Positions 46,310 through 55,802 of a DNA stretch of 64,000 nt are shown here, one piece after another. A program made the position numbers and the translations under genes. The notes under the pieces were generated by a model. That model worked only from the letters and a program-made list of their open reading frames with translations. It had not been told where the DNA came from and ran no database searches. Numbering within the stretch: position 1 is the first letter of the stretch; each line of letters starts with the position of its first letter. The DNA is from Chitinivibrionales bacterium (GTDB taxonomy: Bacteria; Fibrobacterota; Chitinivibrionia; Chitinivibrionales; JANQEN01), in assembly GCA_028278335.1 (NCBI GenBank), contig JANQEN010000251.1:2925-66924 (forward strand), given 5' to 3'.

Positions 46310-47464
46310 TTAGCCTAACAAACTCAAAACACTCTGAGGTCGAATATTCGCTTGAGCAAGCATACTAGTTGCTGTTTGAGTGATGATTTGATTTTTTGTA
46401 AAATTTGCAGTTTCGCCAGCAAAATCTACATCTCTTATAATACTCTCAGCAGCTTGTTGGTTTGCTTCCGAAGTCAGAAGATTGTTTGAAGTATGCTCAA
46501 GTCGATTGATTGTCGCGCCGATATAAGCACGCATTCTATTGATTCGTTCGATTCCTGTATAGTTGGTGTTGGTCGCATTTGTTACTAGAGCTCCTGCAGT
46601 TGGATTTGTTGTGTCAGTTCCATCAATCACCTCAAGCAATGTTTGCAACTTATCTTGAACGGTTTCACCAAATCGCTGTTGCATTGGAGTTAGAGCCGGG
46701 ATTGGTGGATCTGGATTATCAAATGCATTAGTGGTTTCTGCAAATCCTGTAAGATATTTTATAAATTCTCCACCAATCTGAGCATTCTTAAAAAACAACC
46801 CGGTAGAATCCATTTGTCCTAGCTGAATGGTTATAAGGTTTTTGGCTGATTTATCAAAGCTGTTCAATTGGGCACCAGTATTTAAAGCATCTGAGTCATC
46901 TGTTGAGTAATTTTGACCCACCATCATATTGAAGTGTGTTGCCTTTCCATTGTCATCTGCACCAAATACAGCATCGCTAGTATCATCCCAGATTGTTCCT
47001 GCTACTAGAGATCTTTTTGGGTCTCCATTAGCGGAATCAGCATCGTCAAATAAAGCAAAAAGCCTCATTCCATTATAGTTTGTAACCTGTGCAATCCTAT
47101 CCAATTCTCTTGTTAGAGCTTCGAATTCTTCACCCATATAATTGCGCTCTATTTGAGTGTATGTATCATTTTTTGCTTGGACAACAAGCTCGCGCATACG
47201 TTGCATGATATCAGACTGTTCATTGAGTGCACCCTCCGCAACATTAAGTAAAGCAATAAAATCCTGGGTGTTATTCATTGCCTGACCCGCTCCACGTACT
47301 TGAGTTCGCAGATTCTCGGAAATACCCAGACCCGCTGCATCATCGGATGCTCGGTTGATTCGGAGTCCAGTGGAGAGTTTCTCTAAAGATTTGGACATTG
47401 ATCGGCTCGATTTGAAAAGGGAGCCTTGGCTGACCATTGACGCTATGTTGTGATTTATTCTCAT
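46310..47464 (-). CDS. fliC: Flagellin
   Basis: 384 aa. The N-terminus is MRINHNIASM...LSTGLRINRASDDAAGLGISE. The C-terminus is ..INRLEHTSNNL...ESIIRDVDFAGETANFTKNQIITQTATSMLAQAN. Confidence 0.95.
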   Translation of the reverse strand: MRINHNIASMVSQGSLFKSSRSMSKSLEKLSTGLRINRASDDAAGLGISENLRTQVRGAGQAMNNTQDFIALLNVAEGALNEQSDIMQRMRELVVQAKNDTYTQIERNYMGEEFEALTRELDRIAQVTNYNGMRLFALFDDADSANGDPKRSLVAGTIWDDTSDAVFGADDNGKATHFNMMVGQNYSTDDSDALNTGAQLNSFDKSAKNLITIQLGQMDSTGLFFKNAQIGGEFIKYLTGFAETTNAFDNPDPPIPALTPMQQRFGETVQDKLQTLLEVIDGTDTTNPTAGALVTNATNTNYTGIERINRMRAYIGATINRLEHTSNNLLTSEANQQAAESIIRDVDFAGETANFTKNQIITQTATSMLAQANIRPQSVLSLLG

Positions 47465-47466
47465 AC

Positions 47467-47546
47467 CAACATCCTTGTTGATAGTGGAGAATGATATTTT
47501 GTATCATCCTTGAACCTCAGGAAACCCCGATTTAGGGGCATCCTGC
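47467..47546 (-). promoter_or_regulatory. Flagellin 5' leader with three CsrA-type GGA motifs (one in a hairpin loop over the SD)
   Basis: Minus-strand motifs: GCAGGATGC (47538-47546), TCAAGGATGA (47504-47513) and CAAC-AAGGAT-GTTG (47467-47480). In the third, AAGGA serves as the Shine-Dalgarno site 7 nt before the ATG. Confidence 0.5.
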
Positions 47547-47867
47547 TTATTATTTAAATCGGCAAATTATCAGGGGCACTTCAATTTTTTCTTTTGTAAC
47601 ATAATCTAAAAACTGCTGCTCCTTTGATTGTTTTATACCGTATCTAAAGTATCGGAACAAAATAAAGAAACTTTAACATTTTTATTCAATAATGTTTGCT
47701 ATGTTTTGTAATCCCTTGATTTATAATAAGAAATCTTGCCATATCTATTTTAAGTTTTTGATAAGTTTTCAAGAGGTGTTTAACTATACAAACTGTTTAT
47801 GGCCATAACTTAGTTTTCAAGATACAATAAAGAGAAACAAATAAATGGAGTAAGGAATAGAAAAGAG

Positions 47868-48356
47868 ATGGAAGGACAATTTCATACAAGTGTGTTTAAA
47901 GATGCGAATCAGGTGCAAAAGCATCTTGAACCATTTCGAAAAGAGGGCAAAAGAGTGGTCACCACCAATGGCTGTTTTGATATCCTTCATGCTGGGCACG
48001 TACACTATTTATATGAGGCAGCTTCTCAAGGGGATATTTTAGTTGTTGGAATTAATAGTGATGCCACAGTACAAAAGCTAAAAGGGAAGGAGCGACCCAT
48101 TCAAAAAGAGCAGGATCGTGTTTCTGTTATGGGTGCTCTTAAAATGGTTGATTGTACCTTTATCTTTGAGGAAGATGATCCAAGAGAATTCATCAAAATT
48201 ATTAAGCCAGATATTCATGTAAAAGGTGGAGATTATTCAAAGGACATATTGGAACGATCAATTGTTGAAGAAAATGGCGGAAAAGTAGTAATTGTCTCAT
48301 TTGTTGAGAACAGATCAACTTCTACTATCATTGAAAACATTAAAGGGAAAAGCTAA
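47868..48356 (+). CDS. Cytidylyltransferase-fold adenylyltransferase (RfaE domain II / HldE C-terminal-like)
   Basis: 162 aa. Motifs: VVTTNGCFDILHAGHVHYL (HxGH) and ..RSTSTIIENI (ISTT-like). Confidence 0.8.
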   Translation: MEGQFHTSVFKDANQVQKHLEPFRKEGKRVVTTNGCFDILHAGHVHYLYEAASQGDILVVGINSDATVQKLKGKERPIQKEQDRVSVMGALKMVDCTFIFEEDDPREFIKIIKPDIHVKGGDYSKDILERSIVEENGGKVVIVSFVENRSTSTIIENIKGKS

Positions 48357-48549
48357 TTAAACCTATTTTGCATTAATTTTTATCGCTTCTGTCAAAAAAG
48401 TGATTTAGAGTCATTTTTCTATATTATATATTATCTACATAATAGTTGAATTATTGAGCCGAATTGTTCAGTAATTGATTTGATGATATAATTATAGTAG
48501 TAAATTCCAAACATATATACCCGGTGCTGCACTTTCGTGGAGAATCTCT

Positions 48550-51500
48550 ATGGCCCTTGAAACAGAAATGTCCATTTCAGTTCTGGAAGAGAAGTTAAAA
48601 AGTAATCCCCTTTCTTTGATTTTTTCTCGCCTCGCCGATTCCTATAGAAAAAGTGGTGATGTTCAGAAAGCGATTGAAATCTCTACAGAGGGATTAGAGT
48701 CACATCCCGATTATGTCACCGGTAGAATTATTTTGGGCCGATGTTATTTAGAACAAGAAAATTTCAATGACGCCATAAAAGAATTTACCAAGATATGCAC
48801 ACTGGACAGACGTAATCAAATAGCAATTAAGATGCTTGCGGATGTTTTTTCTAAACAGGGTATGGAGGAAAAAGCCGGTGATCTTTATCAAATGTTGTTG
48901 AGGATGGATCCTGATAATCCTTCACTTATTCATTTGGCCAGCGTGTTTGCTGGTACAGGAAGCACTGATGTCTTTGAAGTTTTAGGGATTGAAGATTTTG
49001 CTGCCCCTTTACCAATCAGCAAAGCTGAGGTTTCAGAAGAGGACGTTGAGCAAGAATTAGAGGCTTCTCTTGACGAGGCTCCTCTGGAAACTGCCCCGCC
49101 AGAAGCCACTCCCACTCTTTCTGCAGAGGAAACTTCGGAATTTCCACCACTTGAGCCGAGCTTAGAGGATCAAACCCCACAAGAACAACAGCTCGAAGAA
49201 ATGCCATTGGATGCACCGGAAATCCCAGGACAAGAGGACTCCAGTCTAGATAATCCTGAGGATAAAATGGAAGTGTTAGAAAGTGATACTGATAAGGTCT
49301 CTGAAGGGGTTGTTGCGCTTGATTTTGAAGAGCCTTCTGACTCTGGAAAGGAAGAAGAGGAGTTTACTTTAGAGCCTAAAGAGGATGGTGATCCCTCAAT
49401 CAAGGAGATCCATACCCTTCAAACTATGGAACCAGAACAATCCGAAGAATCATTAGAAATTGAAGATAGTGTTGAAGTGGTAGAGCCTTCGGCTGATGAG
49501 TTGAAAGAAGATGAGTTGAAAGAAGAGGAGTTGAAAGAAGAGGAGCTGAAAGAAGAGGAGCTGAAAGAAGAGGAGGCTCTTCAAGCTCCCGAAGAATTAG
49601 GGGAAGAGCTAGCTATTCCATTGCAGAGTGAAGAAGAAGGTGTTGAAGATCTTTTGAATCCCCAGGAATCAACTAAAGATCTTCCAGGTGAACTCCCACC
49701 TTTACAGCCAGCAATAGACATTGAAGAGGAATCAACAACCAGTGATGAACTGAGCGATAGAATGGATTCAATGTTTGGTGAGGAGGAGTCAATCGAGGAA
49801 TCACTTCCTGAAGCCATTGAACCGATTGAGGAGTTAACCACCAAAGAAGTAGAGCAACAATTGGATTCAGAAGTACAGGATAGTCCTGAAATTCCTGAAG
49901 AGGATGATTTATCTGATCGTCTGGAGGACATGTTTAAAGAGGAGTCTACCGAGCCAAAAATTCCAGAATTTGATCTTCAAGGCTCGAATGAAATGCTTGA
50001 AGAAGTTGAACTCCCACCGCTTGAGGAGGAGAAGTCTCAAGAGGACGGCATACCTGCCCTTCCGCAGTTTGATACGGAAGAGGAGGAAGGAACAGACCAA
50101 TTTATACTAGATGAAACGATTGAATCGGAAGATAAACCTGAGTTAGAAGTACCCATTTTAGAGGACGATCCTGTAGAATCATCCATAGAGAGTGATGTCC
50201 CAATCCAAAATGAAGCCTTGAACGAAGAGGTGTTGACAGAAGGGATAATGACTCAGGAAGTTGAAATAGAGATTGATGCGCCTATTGAAAGCGAACAGCC
50301 CTTTGATAAGGCAACTGAAGTCTTTGAAGTTGAACAACAGGAATCTTTAATAGAAGATATATCTACTGAGCAAGATGATCCAATTGGCACTGATGATGAA
50401 ATTGAAGCAGAGGAAGAGTCGGAACAAACTAAGATTATTAGCTTTGGTGAACAGACATCCTTTGAGACTCCGGAACCATCTCAAGATATTCCAACTATTG
50501 ACGAGGAGGGGACCGAAGATTTAATTACTGATGCAACTGCAGTTTTTGATAGGGAGAAAATAAAAGAGATCGCCTCTTCGGTGAGTGATGAAATTGAAGT
50601 GTCCGCAGAATCACCTATAAGTAGTGAAGTTATGTCCCGATTAGATGAAATGTTTGCCGATGAAGAGGGAAAATCTGAAACAAGTCAATTGCAAAAACCA
50701 GAGACGAGCCTCTATGAGTTTACAAAAACAGAGGAACTATCAGAAGAGACAACTGAGGAAAATTTACCCTCTGGAAAAGACGTGGCCTCACATTTTGATG
50801 AAATATTTTCACCTGAACAACCAAAGGAAGAGGAGTCTTTTGAGCCTTTACCATTAGAAAATGTTGAGGAGAGCGAATTGGTCAGTGAGTTTTATGAGGA
50901 AACTCAGGAGCCAGTAATAGAACCTGAAACACCCAGTGCATTGGATGAAGATTTTGAACTCTCCGAGGATGAAGTTCAAAAAATTGAGCAAGTCACAAAA
51001 GAGATCGATACTATTGAAGATGATACACTTGACATAATTGATGGCGACCTATCCTTGGATAACCTTGATCTTGACACTCTTGACGATGAGGATGATTTAG
51101 AGCTTACCACTGATTTTTATACTGAGGAGGGAGATACTGCTGATTCTTCTGAGACAGCCATTGACATTGAAACAATTGAGTCTAAAGATGAAGCTGTTAT
51201 TGAATCAGATTCAGATACTGAAGAGGAATTGAAAGAAGAGGAGCCTGTTGCATTTGCTTTAGACTTAACAAATACGGAACAAGATCAGATTGAGAAAGTC
51301 GATCCACTCTTGGAGGATGATTCCTTAACCGATCATTCTGCTGTTGATGCGATTCCTGATGAGCCAATAGAGGAAGAGAGTGCTGTGCATGGAGAATTTT
51401 ATACTGTTGCTGGAGACGAAGCTGTACCCGAACCTGAGGATGTTCCTCAAGTTGAAGAAGCTATCCAAGAGGAGGTAGAAGAGGAGGCTCGTGAAGACAC

Positions 51501-51921
51501 GGTTAAGGAAAGTGACTTTTTAGGGGTTGAGGAAAAGCAGGTCAAAATTGATTCAATGCAGCAGGATGATTTTATTAAAGGTAAAGCTGAATCAATTCCT
51601 GATCATGTTCTTACACCAACCTTGGCTGATATCTACTTTCAACAAGGACAACCCTATTTGGCAGTACAAATTTACAAAAGGTTATTAGAGCGGGACCCTG
51701 ACAATGACCGTATGGCTGAACGCATCGAAGAAATCGAGAAGGATATTAAGGAGCGTGAAGAACAACAGGAACTGGCAACTCTTGCTGGAGAAGCTCAAGT
51801 GACCAGAAAGCGGGGGCGTCCTAAAAAGAAAGAAGATGAAGGAAAAAAGCGACCGCTTAAAGGTGTGCGTATTAAGAAAAAAGTCAAAGCCAGGATAAAT
51901 AAAAAAAAGACCTCCGATTAA
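48550..51921 (+). CDS. Large acidic protein with TPR ends, E/D/P-rich disordered core and basic tail
   Basis: 1123 aa. It has N-terminal TPRs (~aa 1-130). A ~850-aa low-complexity E/D-rich region includes (ELKEE)x5. A C-terminal TPR follows (LADIYFQQGQPYLAVQIYKRLLERDPDN), and the tail is K/R-rich. Confidence 0.8.
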   Translation: MALETEMSISVLEEKLKSNPLSLIFSRLADSYRKSGDVQKAIEISTEGLESHPDYVTGRIILGRCYLEQENFNDAIKEFTKICTLDRRNQIAIKMLADVFSKQGMEEKAGDLYQMLLRMDPDNPSLIHLASVFAGTGSTDVFEVLGIEDFAAPLPISKAEVSEEDVEQELEASLDEAPLETAPPEATPTLSAEETSEFPPLEPSLEDQTPQEQQLEEMPLDAPEIPGQEDSSLDNPEDKMEVLESDTDKVSEGVVALDFEEPSDSGKEEEEFTLEPKEDGDPSIKEIHTLQTMEPEQSEESLEIEDSVEVVEPSADELKEDELKEEELKEEELKEEELKEEEALQAPEELGEELAIPLQSEEEGVEDLLNPQESTKDLPGELPPLQPAIDIEEESTTSDELSDRMDSMFGEEESIEESLPEAIEPIEELTTKEVEQQLDSEVQDSPEIPEEDDLSDRLEDMFKEESTEPKIPEFDLQGSNEMLEEVELPPLEEEKSQEDGIPALPQFDTEEEEGTDQFILDETIESEDKPELEVPILEDDPVESSIESDVPIQNEALNEEVLTEGIMTQEVEIEIDAPIESEQPFDKATEVFEVEQQESLIEDISTEQDDPIGTDDEIEAEEESEQTKIISFGEQTSFETPEPSQDIPTIDEEGTEDLITDATAVFDREKIKEIASSVSDEIEVSAESPISSEVMSRLDEMFADEEGKSETSQLQKPETSLYEFTKTEELSEETTEENLPSGKDVASHFDEIFSPEQPKEEESFEPLPLENVEESELVSEFYEETQEPVIEPETPSALDEDFELSEDEVQKIEQVTKEIDTIEDDTLDIIDGDLSLDNLDLDTLDDEDDLELTTDFYTEEGDTADSSETAIDIETIESKDEAVIESDSDTEEELKEEEPVAFALDLTNTEQDQIEKVDPLLEDDSLTDHSAVDAIPDEPIEEESAVHGEFYTVAGDEAVPEPEDVPQVEEAIQEEVEEEAREDTVKESDFLGVEEKQVKIDSMQQDDFIKGKAESIPDHVLTPTLADIYFQQGQPYLAVQIYKRLLERDPDNDRMAERIEEIEKDIKEREEQQELATLAGEAQVTRKRGRPKKKEDEGKKRPLKGVRIKKKVKARINKKKTSD
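49495..49575 (+). repeat. 15-bp in-frame tandem repeat (~5.4 copies) encoding (D/E)ELKE
   Basis: The units are gatgagttgaaagaa x2, gaggagttgaaagaa and gaggagctgaaagaa x2. Confidence 0.9.
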
Positions 51922-51949
51922 TGAAATGGCATTGGAATAAATATATTAC

Positions 51950-53026
51950 ATGACTCTAAATTACAGGATAATCTATCTCCGTCAGCTCTTAAAAGGTCAT
52001 AATCTTCATCATATACTTATTACCGATAATATTGATGTCCAATATGTAAGTGGATTTAAAGCATCCAATTGTTTACTCCTTGTATCAAAACGATCCCAAA
52101 GACTTATTACTGATTTTCGGTATAAAGAGGCGGCAACAAAATTTTGTTCTAATTCGAAGGTGTGGCAATTTGTACAAATTTTTCAACAGGGAATTAGTTG
52201 CCTTGCACCATGGATTAAAGCTGGACAACGGGTAGGTATTCAGGACACCGTTATGTCGGTGAGTGCCTTTGATTCGTTGAGAAAAACCTTTAAAGGAACA
52301 AAATTTGTTAAACTGGGAAAAGAAATATCCAACACGGCACTGGTCAAAGAGCCCCAAGAGATTCGGGCGATTCGAAAAGCTGCATCAATAGGAGATCAAT
52401 CCCTTATGCAACTTGTCAATCGTATAAAGCTTGGGATGTCAGAAAAGCTTGTTGCCAAAATGCTTGTGGATATCTGTAAAGAGAATGGCTCAGAGGGTTC
52501 TCCCTTTGATACAATTGTTCTATTTGGATCTCGTACGGCTCTTCCCCATGGCACACCTTCGCCTAAAAAGTTAAAACAGGGTGATTTTATACTTTTTGAT
52601 TTTGGGTGTATGGTAAAGGGATTATGCTCTGATATGACACGGACTTTTGTATACGGAAAAGCAAAGGCAAAACAGAAAGAGTTATATTCTATTGTAAAAG
52701 ATGCTCAAAAGAGCGCTGTGTCACTGGCAAAACCTAATGTGCTGGGAGGTGACATCGATCATGCTGCGCGCTCTATTATCACTCATGCAGGATATGGAGA
52801 ATATTTTGGTCATGCCACCGGACATGGGCTCGGTCTTCGTATCCATGAGAATCCTCGCATTAGTAAGTGTGATAAAATGGTTATAAAAAAAGATATGGTC
52901 TTTACTGTGGAACCAGGTATTTATATATCAAGTTTTGGCGGAGTGAGGATTGAGGATACCATTGTAATTACAAACACAGGTTCACAATCATTGACAAAAA
53001 CAACTCGAGAATTGGTTACGCTATAA
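51950..53026 (+). CDS. M24-family Xaa-Pro aminopeptidase/dipeptidase
   Basis: 358 aa. Metal ligands appear in DFGCMVKGLCSDMTRT, HATGHGLGLRIHE, VEPGIY and RIED. Confidence 0.85.
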   Translation: MTLNYRIIYLRQLLKGHNLHHILITDNIDVQYVSGFKASNCLLLVSKRSQRLITDFRYKEAATKFCSNSKVWQFVQIFQQGISCLAPWIKAGQRVGIQDTVMSVSAFDSLRKTFKGTKFVKLGKEISNTALVKEPQEIRAIRKAASIGDQSLMQLVNRIKLGMSEKLVAKMLVDICKENGSEGSPFDTIVLFGSRTALPHGTPSPKKLKQGDFILFDFGCMVKGLCSDMTRTFVYGKAKAKQKELYSIVKDAQKSAVSLAKPNVLGGDIDHAARSIITHAGYGEYFGHATGHGLGLRIHENPRISKCDKMVIKKDMVFTVEPGIYISSFGGVRIEDTIVITNTGSQSLTKTTRELVTL

Positions 53027-53056
53027 TAAACAGAGAAACGAAAAGAGTGCTATATA

Positions 53057-53515
53057 ATGTTTTTACGATTATTCCTGCTTTTTACCATAATTCCCTTTAT
53101 AGAAGTGGTGATTCTTGTTCGAATAGGAAGTTACATTGGATTTTGGCCAACCATTTTATTAATCATTGTAACAGGAATTGCTGGGGCTTACCTTTCTCGA
53201 CTTCAGGGGTATAAAATTATTATGGAGCTTCGGGCTACTATACAGGCTGGGCGTATCCCCACACAAAAGATTTTTGAAGGTATTGCCGTGCTTATTGCCT
53301 CGGTGCTGCTTATTACGCCAGGAGTGCTCACCGATCTCTTTGGGTTACTGCTTTTACATCCAGCCTTTCGCATTTATTTGATTCAATCAATTAAAAACCA
53401 TCTAGTAAAAAGAGGTTTTTCGCACACCCAACATGAAGAAAAGCCTCCAAACAAAAATTTTACTTCACAAAAATCAAATATTGAAGATGCTGAGTTTGAT
53501 GAAATCAATGATTAG
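53057..53515 (+). CDS. fxsA: FxsA-family membrane protein
   Basis: 152 aa. The pattern is FLLFTIIPFIEVVILVRIG...ILLIIVTGIAGAYL...PGVLTDLFGLLLL. Confidence 0.8.
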   Translation: MFLRLFLLFTIIPFIEVVILVRIGSYIGFWPTILLIIVTGIAGAYLSRLQGYKIIMELRATIQAGRIPTQKIFEGIAVLIASVLLITPGVLTDLFGLLLLHPAFRIYLIQSIKNHLVKRGFSHTQHEEKPPNKNFTSQKSNIEDAEFDEIND

Positions 53516-53553
53516 ATATTTTAAATTGATTATTAAGTATTCTTTTTTGAAGC

Positions 53554-54426
53554 TTAGTGTATAGCGAGATTTCGAAGTTCTTCAATAATTGAACAAGGAG
53601 TATATCCTTTACTAAAAGCAAAGGAACTATCTAAGGAGACATCTGGAGGGCGAGGTGCTGCCATTGCTACCTCTGATTGTAAAACTGGTTTGATAAGCGA
53701 TTTGTCAAAGTGAAAAAGCTCAGTAAGAAGCAGTCCAAAATCATATCGAGAGATCCTCTCTTTTCCCCCAAGATGGATAATACCGGTGGTGGATCCAAGG
53801 AGATGTAATAATCCCGATGCAACAGTTTGTGCACTTGCTGGGGTTCTCACTTCATCTGTGAATAGAGTAATTGGTTTGCTTTCTTTTAAAGATTTTATCA
53901 TTGGCTGTAAAAAGCTTTCCGAGGTCGGCGAGGGATTGCCAAACATAAGCGGGAGTCGACACACTAGTGCCCTTTTATGGTTGCTAAGAATTAACTGTTC
54001 TGCTTTTGCTTTATGTTCTCCGTAGACACTTATGGGAGAAACAGGAGATTGCTCATTGTATGGTGGATTTGTTCCATCAAAAACCAGATCAGAGGAGGTG
54101 AAGAGAAAGGTGATATCCCTTTCTGCAGCAAGTTTTGCGAAGTAGGCTGGTGCTGTTACGTTTATTACATATGACACATCAGGATTATTTTGGCAAAAGT
54201 TTGGATTGGATGCAGCAGCTGAGAAAATGACCGCATCTGGCTGAACTTGATTAAATAGGCGGTCAATGTCCTGTTTTTCAAAAAGGTTAGAGCCAATCAT
54301 TGAGCACCCGGAGATTTCAAGTGGATTTTTGAAGTAGGTCCCAATTACATGCCACTTCTTTTTTGCATGGTTACAAAGGTTCCATCCTAAAAAACCACTA
54401 GCTCCGAGGATCAACAATTTGTTCAT
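53554..54426 (-). CDS. SDR-family NAD(P)-dependent sugar-nucleotide reductase (RmlD/dTDP-4-dehydrorhamnose reductase-like)
   Basis: 290 aa with a Rossmann motif LILGASGFLG and a YGEHK catalytic Y-x3-K. Confidence 0.65.
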   Translation of the reverse strand: MNKLLILGASGFLGWNLCNHAKKKWHVIGTYFKNPLEISGCSMIGSNLFEKQDIDRLFNQVQPDAVIFSAAASNPNFCQNNPDVSYVINVTAPAYFAKLAAERDITFLFTSSDLVFDGTNPPYNEQSPVSPISVYGEHKAKAEQLILSNHKRALVCRLPLMFGNPSPTSESFLQPMIKSLKESKPITLFTDEVRTPASAQTVASGLLHLLGSTTGIIHLGGKERISRYDFGLLLTELFHFDKSLIKPVLQSEVAMAAPRPPDVSLDSSFAFSKGYTPCSIIEELRNLAIH

Positions 54427-54440
54427 GATTGACTTGAAGG

Positions 54441-55748
54441 TTAAAAAATAATGTAATACAGACCACTTAAGAGCAGTGTTGCAATAAAGATAGTTAGAGC
54501 TGGTCCGATTAAATAACGATAGGTGTGGATCATACGGGATTTAAAATATTCATTGGTTACCACAAAGCAGATATGAACTGGTGAGAGAATCATACCCACA
54601 AATCCAATCCCATAGGAAAAGGTGGTTGTGGCAATGAGCTTGTTCAAGGGTGGATCAGCACCCAACAGCTCAAAAACTAAAGGGAAGCTGGCTCCAACAT
54701 AGGCAAAGGCAATACCGGTTATAATGCCAGATATGAGTGGTAGAAGAATCATCACTAATATAATTGGAATCCCTAAAGTATTGAACTCATTGCGCATGGT
54801 GGTGACTAAGTTATGTGCCTGATCTTGACCAAGGGGAAGTTTAAGCGATGTGTAAAAGAGTTGAACTCCTATGACTACGAGGAGAAGGGAGACTGTTTTT
54901 TTTGAGGTAAACATTTCCAAGGAATTTTTTAATAATGTTTTATTATTTCCAATAATCAAACTAAGAGCCAGTAGAAGGCCTATGAGCATGGCAACTAAAT
55001 TAGAAAGTGATTTTGAAACACCAATTTTTGGTAGTAGAGCTGAACCGCTAATTGAGATTATCACGAGCAATAAAATTGGACCGACTGTTTGGGCAATGTT
55101 TTTTAAATCGGGTTTTTTAGTAAAGGTTTTTTTCCCTTTTCTTTTAACACGCTTCAATATGAAAAAGTAGCCACTTATAATCGCCACAGGAGTAAAGGGT
55201 ATCATAGTAAGATAGTACATACCTGAAGAGACACCTGATAGGGCGATAGCCAAAATTACTCCCGGATATAGGGGCCACCAGTATTCCCAGATGTGTCTAA
55301 ACCAGTAATTGATGGCAACAATGTGAGGTGGTTTAAAGCGATTTTCCCGGTCTACAGATTTAACCAGAGGTGCAGAAAAGAGTGCGCCACCTGGCATTGG
55401 TAGTAATCCAACGAGGGCTGGTAGACCACCTAAAAGCATCTTTTCGTTGGGTAACCACTCTTTAAGCGCATCTATGGTCTTTTTCATTCTGCCCGATTGG
55501 GAGAGCACTTCTGTAAAAAAAAGTAAGGCAAGAATTACCATTATTAATAAGTAATTTTGCGGTTGTATAAATCCCTTTACCTGTAAGAAAAGTCCAGAAA
55601 CACCAGCGCCAGCCCAACAGGTTAAGATGGTTGAGTACAGTATCATTGACCAGCCCAAAGGAAGGCCAATACGATAGGTGATTAAAATACTAATAAAAAC
55701 TATTCCGACTTTTAAGAAGGCAGGAGTTGACAAGAGAAAATCGATCAT
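54441..55748 (-). CDS. Polytopic integral membrane protein (transporter-like, family unassigned)
   Basis: 435 aa and strongly hydrophobic throughout (>=10 TM). It has a central basic loop (KRVKRKGKK). It may be DUF401-like, which I cannot verify. Confidence 0.7.
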   Translation of the reverse strand: MIDFLLSTPAFLKVGIVFISILITYRIGLPLGWSMILYSTILTCWAGAGVSGLFLQVKGFIQPQNYLLIMVILALLFFTEVLSQSGRMKKTIDALKEWLPNEKMLLGGLPALVGLLPMPGGALFSAPLVKSVDRENRFKPPHIVAINYWFRHIWEYWWPLYPGVILAIALSGVSSGMYYLTMIPFTPVAIISGYFFILKRVKRKGKKTFTKKPDLKNIAQTVGPILLLVIISISGSALLPKIGVSKSLSNLVAMLIGLLLALSLIIGNNKTLLKNSLEMFTSKKTVSLLLVVIGVQLFYTSLKLPLGQDQAHNLVTTMRNEFNTLGIPIILVMILLPLISGIITGIAFAYVGASFPLVFELLGADPPLNKLIATTTFSYGIGFVGMILSPVHICFVVTNEYFKSRMIHTYRYLIGPALTIFIATLLLSGLYYIIF

Positions 55749-55802
55749 TGCAGTATAGAAACTTTGCAGCCTTTCATAGGTGGGATGTAATTCCTTGCTA
55801 GT

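Noticed and set aside
46310-47464. Flagellin itself as the substrate of the rSAM/PqqD/kinase genes immediately downstream.
   Set aside because: A strong terminator hairpin separates the genes, and the operon carries its own short Cys-rich ORF with a leader-like N-terminus. This cannot be excluded, but it is less parsimonious.
47548-47600. Sigma-28 (FliA) promoter upstream of flagellin.
   Set aside because: A -10-like GCCGATTT (47556-47563, minus strand) is present. No TAAA -35 element lies at the expected 15-16 nt spacing, so the evidence is too weak to annotate.
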